This document shows positions 36,862 to 49,778 of a stretch of 64,000 bases of DNA, piece after piece. The notes below the pieces were generated by a model, which saw only the letters and a program-made list of their open reading frames with translations, was not told where the DNA came from and made no database searches. The position numbers were made by a program, and so were the translations under genes. Numbering within the stretch: position 1 is the stretch's first letter; each line of letters begins with the position of its first letter. The DNA comes from Antedon mediterranea (taxonomy: Eukaryota > Animalia > Echinodermata): positions 9,610,001-9,674,000 of the forward strand of contig NC_092671.1 of assembly GCF_964355755.1 (NCBI RefSeq), written 5' to 3'.

Positions 36862-39800
36862 CAGTCCCTGCCCGAACGGAATCCCCAGTCCCTGCCCGAA
36901 CGGAATCCCCAGTCCCTGCCCGAACGGAATCCCCAGTCCCTGCCCGAACGGAATCCCCAGTCCCTGCCCGAACGGAATCCCCAGTCCCTGCCCGAACGGA
37001 ATCCCCAGTCCCTGCCCGAACGGAATCCCCAGTCCCTGCCCGAACGGAATCCCCAGTCCCTGCCCGAACGGAATCCCCAGTCCCTGCCCGAACGGAATCC
37101 CCAGTCCCTGCCCGAACGGAATCCCCAGTCCCTGCCCGAACGGAATCCCCAGTCCCTGCCCGAACGGAATCCCCAGTCCCTGCCCGAACGGAATCCCCAG
37201 TCCCTGCCCGAACGGAATCCCCAGTCCCTGCCCGAACGGAATCCCCAGTCCCTGCCCGAACGGAATCCCCAGTCCCTGCCCGAACGGAATCCCCAGTCCC
37301 TGCCCGAACGGAATCCCCAGTCCCTGCCCGAACGGAATCCCCAGTCCCTGCCCGAACGGAATCCCCAGTCCCTGCCCGAACGGAATCCCCAGTCCCTGCC
37401 CGAACGGAATCCCCAGTCCCTGCCCGAACGGAATCCCCAGTCCCTGCCCGAACGGAATCCCCAGTCCCTGCCCGAACGGAATCCCCAGTCCCTGCCCGAA
37501 CGGAATCCCCAGTCCCTGCCCGAACGGAATCCCCAGTCCCTGCCCGAACGGAATCCCCAGTCCCTGCCCGAACGGAATCCCCAGTCCCTGCCCGAACGGA
37601 ATCCCCAGTCCCTGCCCGAACGGAATCCCCAGTCCCTGCCCGAACGGAATCCCCAGTCCCTGCCCGAACGGAATCCCCAGTCCCTGCCCGAACGGAATCC
37701 CCAGTCCCTGCCCGAACGGAATCCCCAGTCCCTGCCCGAACGGAATCCCCAGTCCCTGCCCGAACGGAATCCCCAGTCCCTGCCCGAACGGAATCCCCAG
37801 TCCCTGCCCGAACGGAATCCCCAGTCCCTGCCCGAACGGAATCCCCAGTCCCTGCCCGAACGGAATCCCCAGTCCCTGCCCGAACGGAATCCCCAGTCCC
37901 TGCCCGAACGGAATCCCCAGTCCCTGCCCGAACGGAATCCCCAGTCCCTGCCCGAACGGAATCCCCAGTCCCTGCCCGAACGGAATCCCCAGTCCCTGCC
38001 CGAACGAACTCATCAGTCCCTGCCCGAACGAACTCATCAGTCCCTGCCCGAACGAACTCATCAGTCCCTGCCCGAACGAACTCATCAGTCCCTGCCCGAA
38101 CGAACTCATCAGTCCCTGCCCGAACGAACTCATCAGCCTCTGCCCGAACGAACTCATCAGCCTCTGCCCGAACGAACTCATCAGCCTCTGCCCGAACGAA
38201 CTCATCAGCCTCTGCCCGAACGAACTCATCAGCCTCTGCCCGAACGAACTCATCAGCCTCTGCCCGAACGAACTCATCAGCCTCTGCCCGAACGAACTCA
38301 TCAGCCTCTGCCCGAACGAACTCATCAGCCTCTGCCCGAACGAACTCATCAGCCTCTGCCCGAACGAACTCATCAGCCTCTGCCCGAACGAACTCATCAG
38401 CCTCTGCCCGAACGAACTCATCAGCCTCTGCCCGAACGAACTCATCAGCCTCTACCCGAACGAACTCATCAGCCTCTACCCGAACGAACTCATCAGCCTC
38501 TACCCGAACGAACTCATCAGCCTCTACCCGAACGAACTCATCAGCCTCTACCCGAACGAACTCATCAGTCTCTACCCGAACGAACTCATCAGTCTCTACC
38601 CGAACGAACTCATCAGTCTCTACCCGAACGAACTCATCAGTCTCTACCCGAACGAACTCATCAGTCTCTACCCGAACGAACTCATCAGTCTCTACCCGAA
38701 CGAACTCATCAGTCTCTACCCGAACGAACTCATCAGTCTCTACCCGAACGAACTCATCAGTCTCTACCCGAACGAACTCATCAGTCTCTACCCGAACGAA
38801 CTCATCAGTCTCTACCCGAACGAACTCATCAGTCTCTACCCGAACGAACTCATCAGTCTCTACCCGAACGAACTCATCAGTCTCTACCCGAACGAACTCA
38901 TCAGTCTCTACCCGAACGAACTCATCAGTCTCTACCCGAACGAACTCATCAGTCTCTACCCGAACGAACTCATCAGTCTCTACCCGAACGAACTCATCAG
39001 TCTCTACCCGAACGAACTCATCAGTCTCTACCCGAACGAACTCATCAGTCTCTACCCGAACGAACTCATCAGTCTCTACCCGAACGAACTCATCAGTCTC
39101 TACCCGAACGAACTCATCAGTCTCTACCCGAACGAACTCATCAGTCTCTACCCGAACGAACTCATCAGTCTCTACCCGAACGAACTCATCAGTCTCTACC
39201 CGAACGAACTCATCAGTCTCTACCCGAACGAACTCATCAGTCTCTGCCCGAACGAACTCATCAGTCTCTGCCCGAACGAACTCATCAGTCTCTGCCCGAA
39301 CGAACTCATCAGTCTCTGCCCGAACGAACTCATCAGTCTCTGCCCGAACGAACTCATCAGTCTCTGCCCGAACGAACTCATCAGTCTCTGCCCGAACGAA
39401 CTCATCAGTCTCTGCCCGAACGAACTCATCAGTCTCTGCCCGAACGAACTCATCAGTCTCTGCCCGAACGAACTCATCAGTCTCTGCCCGAACGAACTCA
39501 TCAGTCTCTGCCCGAACGAACTCATCAGTCTCTGCCCGAACGAACTCATCAGTCTCTGCCCGAACGAACTCATCAGTCTCTGCCCGAACGAACTCATCAG
39601 TCTCTGCCCGAACGAACTCATCAGTCTCTGCCCGAACGAACTCATCAGTCTCTGCCCGAACGGACTCATCAGTCTCTGCCCGGACGGACTCATCAGTCTC
39701 TGCCCGGACGGACTCATCAGTCTCTGCCCGGACGGACTCATCAGTCTCTGCCCGGACGGACTCATCAGTCTCTGCCCGGACGGACTTCTCAGTCTCTGCC

Positions 39801-42700
39801 CGGACGGACTTCTCAGTCTCTGCCCGGACGGACTTCTCAGTCTCTGCCCGGACGGACTTCTCAGTCTCTGCCCGGACGGACTTCTCAGTCTCTGCCCGGA
39901 CGGACTTCTCAGTCTCTGCCCGGACGGACTTCTCAGTCTCTGCCCGGACGGACTTCTCAGTCTCTGCCCGGACGGACTTCTCAGTCTCTGCCCGGACGGA
40001 CTTCTCAGTCTCTGCCCGGACGGACTTCTCAGTCTCTGCCCGGACGGACTCCTCAGTCTCTGCCCGGACGGACTCCTCAGTCTCTGCCCGGACGGACTCC
40101 TCAGTCTCTGCCCGGACGGACTCCTCAGTCTCTGCCCGGACGGACTCCTCAGTCTCTGCCCGGACGGACTCCTCAGTCTCTGCCCGGACGGACTCCTCAG
40201 TCTCTGCCCGGACGGACTCCTCAGTCTCTGGCCGGACGGACTCCTCAGTCTCTGGCCGGACGGACTCCTCAGTCTCTGGCCGGACGGACTCCTCAGTCTC
40301 TGGCCGGACGGACTCCTCAGTCTCTGGCCGGACGGACTCCTCAGTCTCTGGCCGGACGGACTCCTCAGTCCCTGGCCGGACGGACTCCTCAGTCCCTGGC
40401 CGGACGGACTCCTCAGTCCCTGGCCGGACGGACTTCTCAGTCCCTGGCCGGACGGACTTCTCAGTCCCTGGCCGGACGGACTTCTCAGTCCCTGCCCGGA
40501 CGGACTTCTCAGTCCCTGCCCGGACGGACTTCTCAGTCCCTGCCCGGACGGACTTCTCAGTCCCTGCCCGGACGGACTTCTCAGTCCCTGCCCGGACGGA
40601 CTTCTCAGTCCCTGCCCGAACGGACTTCTCAGTCCCTGCCCGAACGGACTTCTCAGTCCCTGCCCGAACGGACTTCTCAGTCCCTACCCGAACGGACTCC
40701 TCCGTCCCTACCCGAACGGACTCCTCCGTCCCTACCCGAACGGACTCCTCCGTCCCTACCCGAACGGACTCCTCCGTCCCTACCCGAACGGACTCCTCCG
40801 TCTCTACCCGAACGGACTCTTCAGTCTCTACCCGAACGGACTCTTCAGTCTCTACCCGAACGGACTCTTCAGTCTCTACCCGAACGGACTCTTCAGTCTC
40901 TACCCGAACGGACTCTTCAGTCTCTACCCGAACGGACTCTTCAGTCTCTACCCGAACGGACTCTTCAGTCTCTACCCGAACGGACTCTTCAGTCTCTACC
41001 CGAACGGACTCTTCAGTCTCTACCCGAACGGACTCTTCAGTCTCTACCCGAACGGACTCTTCAGTCTCTACCCGAACGGACTCTTCAGTCTCTACCCGAA
41101 CGGACTCTTCAGTCTCTACCCGAACGGACTCTTCAGTCTCTACCCGAACGGACTCTTCAGTCTCTACCCGAACGGACTCTTCAGTCTCTACCCGAACGGA
41201 CTCTTCAGTCTCTACCCGAACGGACTCTTCAGTCTCTACCCGAACGGACTCTTCAGTCTCTACCCGAACGGACTCTTCAGTCTCTACCCGAACGGACTCT
41301 TCAGTCTCTACCCGAACGGACTCTTCAGTCTCTACCCGAACGGACTCTTCAGTCTCTACCCGAACGGACTCTTCAGTCTCTACCCGAACGGACTCTTCAG
41401 TCTCTACCCGAACGGACTCTTCAGTCTCTACCCGAACGGACTCTTCAGTCTCTACCCGAACGGACTCTTCAGTCTCTACCCGAACGGACTCTTCAGTCTC
41501 TACCCGAACGGACTCTTCAGTCTCTACCCGAACGGACTCTTCAGTCTCTACCCGAACGGACTCTTCAGTCTCTACCCGAACGGACTCTTCAGTCTCTACC
41601 CGAACGGACTCTTCAGTCTCTACCCGAACGGACTCTTCAGTCTCTACCCGAACGGACTCTTCAGTCTCTACCCGAACGGACTCTTCAGTCTCTACCCGAA
41701 CGGACTCTTCAGTCTCTACCCGAACGGACTCTTCAGTCTCTACCCGAACGGACTCTTCAGTCTCTACCCGAACGGACTCTTCAGTCTCTACCCGAACGGA
41801 CTCTTCAGTCTCTACCCGAACGGACTCCTCAGTCTCTACCCGAACGGACTCCTCAGTCTCTACCCGAACGGACTCCTCAGTCTCTACCCGAACGGACTCC
41901 TCAGTCTCTACCCGAACGGACTCCTCAGTCTCTACCCGAACGGACTCCTCAGTCTCTACCCGAACGGACTCCTCAGTCTCTACCCGAACGGACTCCTCAG
42001 TCTCTACCCGAACGGACTCCTCAGTCTCTACCCGAACGGACTCCTCAGTCTCTACCCGAACGGACTCTTCAGTCTCTACCCGAACGGACTCTTCAGTCTC
42101 TACCCGAACGGACTCTTCAGTCTCTACCCGAACGGACTCTTCAGTCTCTACCCGAACGGACTCTTCAGTCTCTACCCGAACGGACTCTTCAGTCTCTACC
42201 CGAACGGACTCTTCAGTCTCTACCCGAACGGACTCTTCAGTCTCTACCCGAACGGACTCTTCAGTCTCTACCCGAACGGACTCTTCAGTCTCTACCCGAA
42301 CGGACTCTTCAGTCTCTACCCGAACGGACTCTTCAGTCTCTACCCGAACGGACTCTTCAGTCTCTACCCGAACGGACTCTTCAGTCTCTACCCGAACGGA
42401 CTCTTCAGTCTCTACCCGGACGGACTCTTCAGTCTCTACCCGGACGGACTCTTCAGTCTCTACCCGGACGGACTCTTCAGTCTCTACCCGGACGGACTCC
42501 TCAGTCTCTACCCGGACGGACTCCTCAGTCTCTACCCGGACGGACTCCTCAGTCTCTACCCGGACGGACTCCTCAGTCTCTACCCGGACGGACTCCTCAG
42601 TCTCTACCCGAACTGACTCCTCAGGGTCTACCCGAACTGACTCCTCAGGGTCTACCCGAATTGACTTCCCAGTCTCGGCCCGAACGGACTCCCCAGTCAG
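36862..42700. repeat. 24-bp GC-rich minisatellite, about 243 copies, arranged in homogeneous variant blocks
   Basis: The unit is cagtc(c/t)ct(g/a)cccg(a/g)acg(g/a)a(a/c)t(c/t)(c/a/t)(c/t). Examples: 47x cagtccctgcccgaacggaatccc from 36862, 6x ...cgaactcat from 37990, 13x cagcctctg... from 38134, 5x cagcctcta..., 28x cagtctcta... from 38566, 17x cagtctctg... from 39238. Confidence 0.98.
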
Positions 42701-43540
42701 TTAAATAATATGACAATGTATGAACGTAAATGGAGTGTTTCGTTAAAGTAAACACCAACAACTTTAAAATTGACACAGTTTTTACGAAGTTCATTATTCG
42801 ATCGAGAATAAACTATAATGATGAAAACAGATACTTTGCCTTAGGCCTACCAACTGTAATATCAATGCCAATTACAACAATTATTTTATTGTGTCTTTTA
42901 TTTTCTGAATGCTATTCGTCCCGAACGATGTAGTTGTATCCCGTGCTAATAACCGTAGCGTACAGGTTGTAATTAAGCCACAATCGCATCTCATTATATG
43001 ATATCTTCAATAAAAAGAAATACGATAATGGTAATTATTATACTTATCATACCATGTCTGCGTATGCTTTTAAACATGCAAAAATTGTCTCATATACCAT
43101 AAATGGTTACCACAAGATGAAGGCGCTCACACTATTTATACAGTCGCACACCCCCAAACGGAATTTTTGAAAATTACAATGCAAAAGAAAAAATAGATTA
43201 CGTTCAGCTCTTGATTTCAAAATCTAACCATTCTTATTCTAAATCTAAACAGCTAAAAAAATAAATAAAGGAGGCTATGTAGGGAGGGGTTCCTAAATGT
43301 CTGTGAACACAGTCCATTAGTCCATTAAAATGGTTTAAGTCTCCTTTTCTGGAGCGCAATAACTAGGTTGAATTCATTGTAAATCATTGTACAGAATTGA
43401 GACAGCATTTTCATGAACAGTGTTTCAGGAAATCAACCAGAATACAGCAGCAGGATATAGAATATCACAATCAATAATCTTCATCTTCAATTTATGCTTT
43501 CTTTTCTCCAAGGTTGATAACATCGATTATTCAGAACATC

Positions 43541-44317
43541 ATGGAGACAACGAGGATAAAATGCGATGCTCTGGCCACAAGACCGAAAACCAAAGGTTAC
43601 TACTTACCGCTACAACCAAATGACGACACGGACGACATGGACAGTGATGACGAAGACAATGAGATAATCCTCGATAATAACGATAACTTTTCTTTAAGCC
43701 GAATTCCAAAAAGAAATCAAAATGGTTCTGCTTTTAAATCGGAATATAATGAAATAAACATTATGACGAACCCAGCAGATACTGAACCAGAAATACAAAG
43801 CGACACGGAAACGTTTGATTCGCAAGTACACCTGCATTTAGATTCAGAATACGAGGATGAAGATGAATGTGCTATAGGTACAAATCGAGGACCGCATATA
43901 ATCGTGTTTTCGCTCATTTGCTCTCCAGCTATTTTCATGATATCCATCATTGTTAGTGGATACGTTGGTTTACTATCATTTCTAAACATTCTGTGCTACT
44001 TTTTTGAAGAGCGGCCATTGGTACACCGTATTTTCATCTGTCCGATCGTCATCGTTTTCTTCCCGCCGTTAGTGGTTGTGTTCTCACTCATGTTGGCAGT
44101 TTTTTCAGCATTGGAACAAATTTCGTGGTTTTACGATTCGTGGTGGGAGTCGGTGTCGAATCTCGAAAAGGGTTTCTATTCGTGGTTGTGTGATCAACTT
44201 GGCTTACAAAATTGCTGTCCATATGAAAGTATCAAACTAGCTGATGATGATGATGATGATTATGAGTCTGTGTCACAAGATTTTGAATCTGTTCCTTTCG
44301 GCTCTACAGATGTATAA
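43541..44317 (+). CDS. TMEM169: Transmembrane protein 169 homolog (258 aa, single coding exon)
   Basis: Acceptor cttttctccaag| at 43512, first in-frame ATG at 43541, TAA at 44315-44317. An acidic N-terminus is followed by GPHIIVFSLIC.P..F..S..VS.Y.G.....NI...F.EER...HRI..CP....F.P, Q.SW..DSWW..V.NLEKGFY.WLC..LGL..C.PY..I.L, which I recognise as the TMEM169 C-terminal signature. Confidence 0.9.
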   Translation: METTRIKCDALATRPKTKGYYLPLQPNDDTDDMDSDDEDNEIILDNNDNFSLSRIPKRNQNGSAFKSEYNEINIMTNPADTEPEIQSDTETFDSQVHLHLDSEYEDEDECAIGTNRGPHIIVFSLICSPAIFMISIIVSGYVGLLSFLNILCYFFEERPLVHRIFICPIVIVFFPPLVVVFSLMLAVFSALEQISWFYDSWWESVSNLEKGFYSWLCDQLGLQNCCPYESIKLADDDDDDYESVSQDFESVPFGSTDV

Positions 44318-47300
44318 CTACCATAAAATCCTAATTTCTTCATAGGACACGTGGACGCACTTGTTTTAGGCAGGTTGTACAGTAAAACCCATTTTTCTGC
44401 ACCTTTGTGCAGGAAACATCTCTGAGACAGGACATTTTAAATTCTAATATATAGCCTTATTTTATTTTATTTCATTTCATAAAAACCAAGAGCAACGAAA
44501 GTTGCCACTTAATAGTGGTATGGAAAAGAAAACAGATACAATAAATACTCTATATATGAAGCAAACTTAAATAAATATGTAAAAGTAAAAATTAGCCTAT
44601 CTAGCACGATTATTTAAAAAAGAGTACAATGAGTCTTGAATGAAGAATAACTATTGAAAAACATTTACATTTGACTCACTTAAATAGTTATACAAAGAAG
44701 ACAAGCGTGTCTGAAACCCTCTTTTCGAGACATTTACTCTATTAAACGGAACATAAAAGTGGACTTGACTCTAGTTTAATATGGGTTTCTACCGTATTTG
44801 CCAAACTAAGGACTTAAAAATTTGGTCAGAATAAAGACAACATTTCCTAAAGTACACAGTGTATGTTGCGTTGGCTGATATGATGCCTAATATTATTGCA
44901 ATCACTGTACCAGTAAATACATATATTATGCGTGTACAAGCAGTTACTTAATTAATTTATGTCTTCTGAACACTAGAGTTGTATTTAAAAGTATTATCTA
45001 TTATATATCTAACACAAGATTACATAAGAACGAACTATTGCTACAAGAACACTGTAATATAATAGAATATATTATTATTATTATTATGTTACATTCTGTA
45101 TAAATTATGTATTTCGCATTTCCATTTCAATATTATATAGTAAAGTACAACCATATCACCATATTTATGTTTAATTGAAACTATGAATTAAAAATTAAGT
45201 ATATTTTATGATTATTTGTATGATTATGTGTTGTTGGTTGTAGAAGAGCTGAGAGGAATACATCAATTATACATGAAATTAGAATGCTAACACTTATTTT
45301 CAAAAAGAAAAATCACTTAGACGGCTTTTTCCATGAATTGTGCAAGATGCACTTTTCCTAAATGTGAACTCGACAAACATGGATTAATTCTTAATTGGAT
45401 ACAAGATATCAGTTTTCTAAGAGTGTACATAATTTTGTATACGCATCTATGAAACCGAGATAAACATCTAAAGTGAATCAATTATTGAGAGAATGTTGAA
45501 GATTAAATATTCTAGAAATATTGGTGGGTGGGTGGGCAGTTGAAGGGGATGGGGTTTGAATGATTGAACTGCACTGACTGGTACCTGTATCTGTATAAAG
45601 GTTATGTTGTTAGGATATGGTATATGAACTATTGGATATACATATGATAAATGTGATGCTTTATTACGGAAATTTCCTATGATACTGGAGAAATCTAGAT
45701 ACAGACCGAAACTCATGTTGTTTTTTACTCGCTTCAGAACAAGTATACATTTTTTTAGGAAATTGTGTTTTGAAGTGCTAGGCCTCGAACTCCGAAGAAC
45801 AACAACGACTCGCGTCACTCGAGGTGATAGTGAATTGGCGGTCAACATCGTCTATCAATCAAAACATTAACAGTATGTTCGTTTTGCTTGTCAAGCTTAA
45901 GAAATTTGACAACATAGGATTATGTTAAAACATTTTTTTTGAATTGTAAGATTATAATTTAAGTCTTAGTCTTTTAAAAAATTCTGTCCTTTCTCATTTG
46001 GGGCTCTCTGGCTAAACGTAATATTATAAAAATATTGATAATCATCACATTATTATTTCTATAATGTTTAGTTCTGGTGTATAACGACAAAGACTAAGAT
46101 CTTCAATTAAAATTAAATACGATAAAGAATTCATGTACAAGTTCATACAAAAAACATATTGTAAATATTTGTAAAACCTCTTCTGTATTACCCTATATTA
46201 AATCAAGTTTTAAAATTTATTATTTTAGTTGTTTCTCCAATACTACATTCAGACAGTATTCAGTTATATATGTTAGAGTTTTATAGTATAACACCATGTA
46301 TGATAATGTTGGACCATAACGTAATACAGGCACTGCAACATTCTCTAAGGGCTAGTTAAAAGAGCAAGTTAATTCCTAAACTGATACATATAAATAGCAT
46401 GTTTTCCGAGTAAAAGTGTTACAACTAGTCTCATGAGATACACACTTGACAGAAGACAAGTTCAAAACCATTTAAAATAAATTTCCACAAGTATCAACTT
46501 GATGCAGTTGTAACGTGTAAATTGTTGCGTATCTATAATTTATTATACTCGCAAATGGAGATCTGATCCTCAAATGAGCTTTGGAAATTAATAGACAACA
46601 GCTAACTGGTGATTATACACGGCAAAAGTATGATATAGGGTTGTGTTGATTGATAAAGAAACAGACTTCTGACATTAGAGAAATGTTACACAACACTTCT
46701 TACAAGTAGTATTCGCTAAACTAATGCACTGAGATATGTGAACGAACATTCACAATGAATGGTTGATAAGAGTATAGGAGCAAATGGAATACATTAATCA
46801 AGGAATATAATGTGTTGTTGTGTTGATTAATGTTTTCTCTTTCTCTATTAAACCAAAGAGTAAAAACAACATCATTTTTCCCATTAGGAAAATAGGTATA
46901 TTTTTCTGCTTGAGTACATCCTCTAAACCGTGATATGGACAACAAGGCAATCTAATAGCTGTTAGATCATTTGATTTGGACAATTCTTTGAACGTTGATA
47001 AACAGAAAAAACCTTATTAAACATTAACATACTAAAGACAGTACACATACCTACTTTTGTCTAGTCTACATTTTGTATAGTGTATATACAGTAAATAAAT
47101 GTTAAAATAATAGAACATATTGAAAAAAAAATTGACCAAACACGCCCAGGTTTTATTTAAATAATCTCGAAATGAGAAAGGATTGGCGTTGTGTTTGAAA
47201 GACGTAATAATTGTCTCTCATTTCACCATCTTTGGGAGCCAACTTAATAGTTGTGCCCACTGAATAGGAGTTACTCTAGTGTTAGATAGTAAAATGCCTC

Positions 47301-49517
47301 TCATTCGAGACACGCGTTCGTTCGAGTCTCCCCTTATAGGGGTGTCCCCTAAACAGGGGTGGCTAAATCAATTTTTCACTTAATAACAATTAAAACCACA
47401 ACCAGTAAATATTACGATAATATTTTCCAAAACTGAAATGATATTTCCAGAAAGCAATATATTATAGAGAGACACAAATATCGTAGAGACAAGACAACAC
47501 ATTATTTTATAACAGTTTATTTAAAAGATAAATTGCTTCGTATAATACTCATGTGTGTCACAAATATCATATTATGATCGAGTAGTCGATTATATCTATA
47601 AAAATGTGTTGTGAATTTTACGACCTGTCATTGCATATGATATACGAGAGATGATGGTGGTGATGATGCTTCGTCACATGGCTCATTAAAACTAAAATAA
47701 ATAGTACTGTTTAATGAACTTGAACTTATGTCAATGAATGTTAGTCAATGAAATGTACAGATGTTAAAATAAGACGTTCTATTCAGGGGACTCTCCTAAT
47801 CTAAAATTAAAGCATATCAAGTGAAAAAAAGTGTGGGAGTGGGGGGGGGGGGGGATGGATTTAAAACGATGGTCAACTTTTATTCAGTGGACATCTCTAT
47901 TAGGTGATTTATTGGGGTTCTATACTGTTGGGGTACTACCGTAATAATGAAATTAATATGATTATTTAGGTACAACATTTTGATAACACAAATAATGAAG
48001 ATGATGATAATGATAATTACAGTGACATAATATAAAAATACAATATTAACTAATTTATACAATAATATTTAATGTCATGAGCCAGGGAGGGGGAGTGGGG
48101 ATTACTGTATTTATTTTCGCCGTCAATACCCATACGCTGTTCTTCGCGAAAGACGATACGGAAAGCTCTCTATTATTTGACTGACTCGGCGAAAACTACA
48201 CGCAGTAGAATATAAACTGCGAGGACTTCGCGTAAAAGTAATAGTAATAAAAAAAGTGTCACTCCAGTCCCATCCCCAGCTATTACCAATAAGTGAGCTA
48301 CCTCCATCCGCCACTGTCTAGAATTACCTATGGATATTTCGTGTTTATCTCTACAAAAGATATTTGTCCTTGACGAATTTTTATTTTGAAAATAATTAAT
48401 GCAGGAAAAATGTTATGACATTTTTTTTTAAATGTCATTAGTACTATGAAGAAAATTATAAGCTCTCAGTTTTTCACATTAATGCGATGAAAAACTATAT
48501 ACGAAAGAATAGTGATTTCCTGCTTATTTGTAATTTATTTCATTTTGTTTTAGTTAAAGACACTAGACCTGCAATTTTTGACGTTTTTGTAAAAATAATG
48601 CATATATATAACTTTATTCTTGTCTTAAATGTGCGTTCTATTTTTTTTTAAAGAGAAAAACAATGCACTGCCTAAAGTAGCTCGCGTCGAAAGTTCTCTC
48701 GTAGACATTTAGCTTTAGTTTTTTGGTAAAATCATATCTAAACAAATAGCACAATACAATACGAAATGATCAACATGATCTCAGATGGTTTTTTAAAAAT
48801 TATATTATGACTGAATTTAGTGACGACAACGACACAAATAAACTAAGTCAATTTTGTAAAGACAGTGACGACAATGTAGGTCGGAACAATTTCACATTCT
48901 GGAAACTAATAAATTCGTCTGCATTGTTTTCTAATTTCCATTTCAGAACACCTTCACGATATTATGATTACATTCTCTGTTTGCATTCCTACTATATGTT
49001 ATTATGCGGCGCTGACTAACTAAATACAAAGGGTTTCGATCATGAACACACTGTCGATACGACGGGGAAGAGAAATTTACAGTAGCTGGATTATCAACCT
49101 GTTTATAAGGCTTAATTGAGAATCAATAATTTTGTGAATTTCACTAGATTGCATATCATATCGTGCATTATTACACACATGTTATAAAGGCAGGTGCACG
49201 TGACGGTATAATCAAGGCAATATGGTATGATGGTATAATACTGTGTAAAGTGCATTATGGACCTGCATTCGTGACCCGGTTTTATTGGAATATTTGTATG
49301 TATGGTAAAAAAAAAAACCTCTTTACCTTTACTGTTTTCATCCTTCCTTCTCCTCCCATCTTTGCAGCAATAACAGTGCAGAAACCAGAATTTCACGCTT
49401 GTTACTGTTCTTATGTTATTACAGAAACTCTTATCAGGGCCGCGTTGAAAACAGTCCATATTAAACTCTACCACTCCTACAGGTAACAGAGTTTGTTTAC
49501 ACCGCTGGTTAATATGC

Positions 49518-49778
49518 AAATAGTATTTTTGTTATTTAACAAACATGCAAATTTACATTCTTTGCTGATACTGTACGTGACGTAGGAATGTTTAAATTTT
49601 TGTTTACAATGTCTACACTAAACAGTAGGCCTATCTACCCCCTAAAGTTGACAGCCGGCTAACTATGGAAATAGTGTTTTTGTTATTTAACAAACATGCA
49701 CATTTACATTCTTTGCGGATACTGACGTGACGTAGAAGTTTTTTATATTTTGTTTATCAACGCTAGACTGAACAGTAC
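49518..49778. repeat. Diverged tandem duplication, period about 151 bp
   Basis: aaatagt(a/g)tttttgttatttaacaaacatgca(a/c)atttacattctttgc(t/g)gatactg..cgtgacgtag occurs at 49518 and 49669. Confidence 0.8.

Noticed and set aside
36817-39765. Minus-strand ORFs of 542 aa and 181 aa (MSSFGQRL / GIPFGQGL repeats)
   Set aside because: These are translations of the 24-bp minisatellite. The same frame is interrupted by TAG in every unit of adjacent blocks, and there is no unique coding sequence or splice context.
36862-42700. Possible CRISPR array
   Set aside because: Units are directly adjacent with no unique spacers, there are no cas genes, and the context is eukaryotic.
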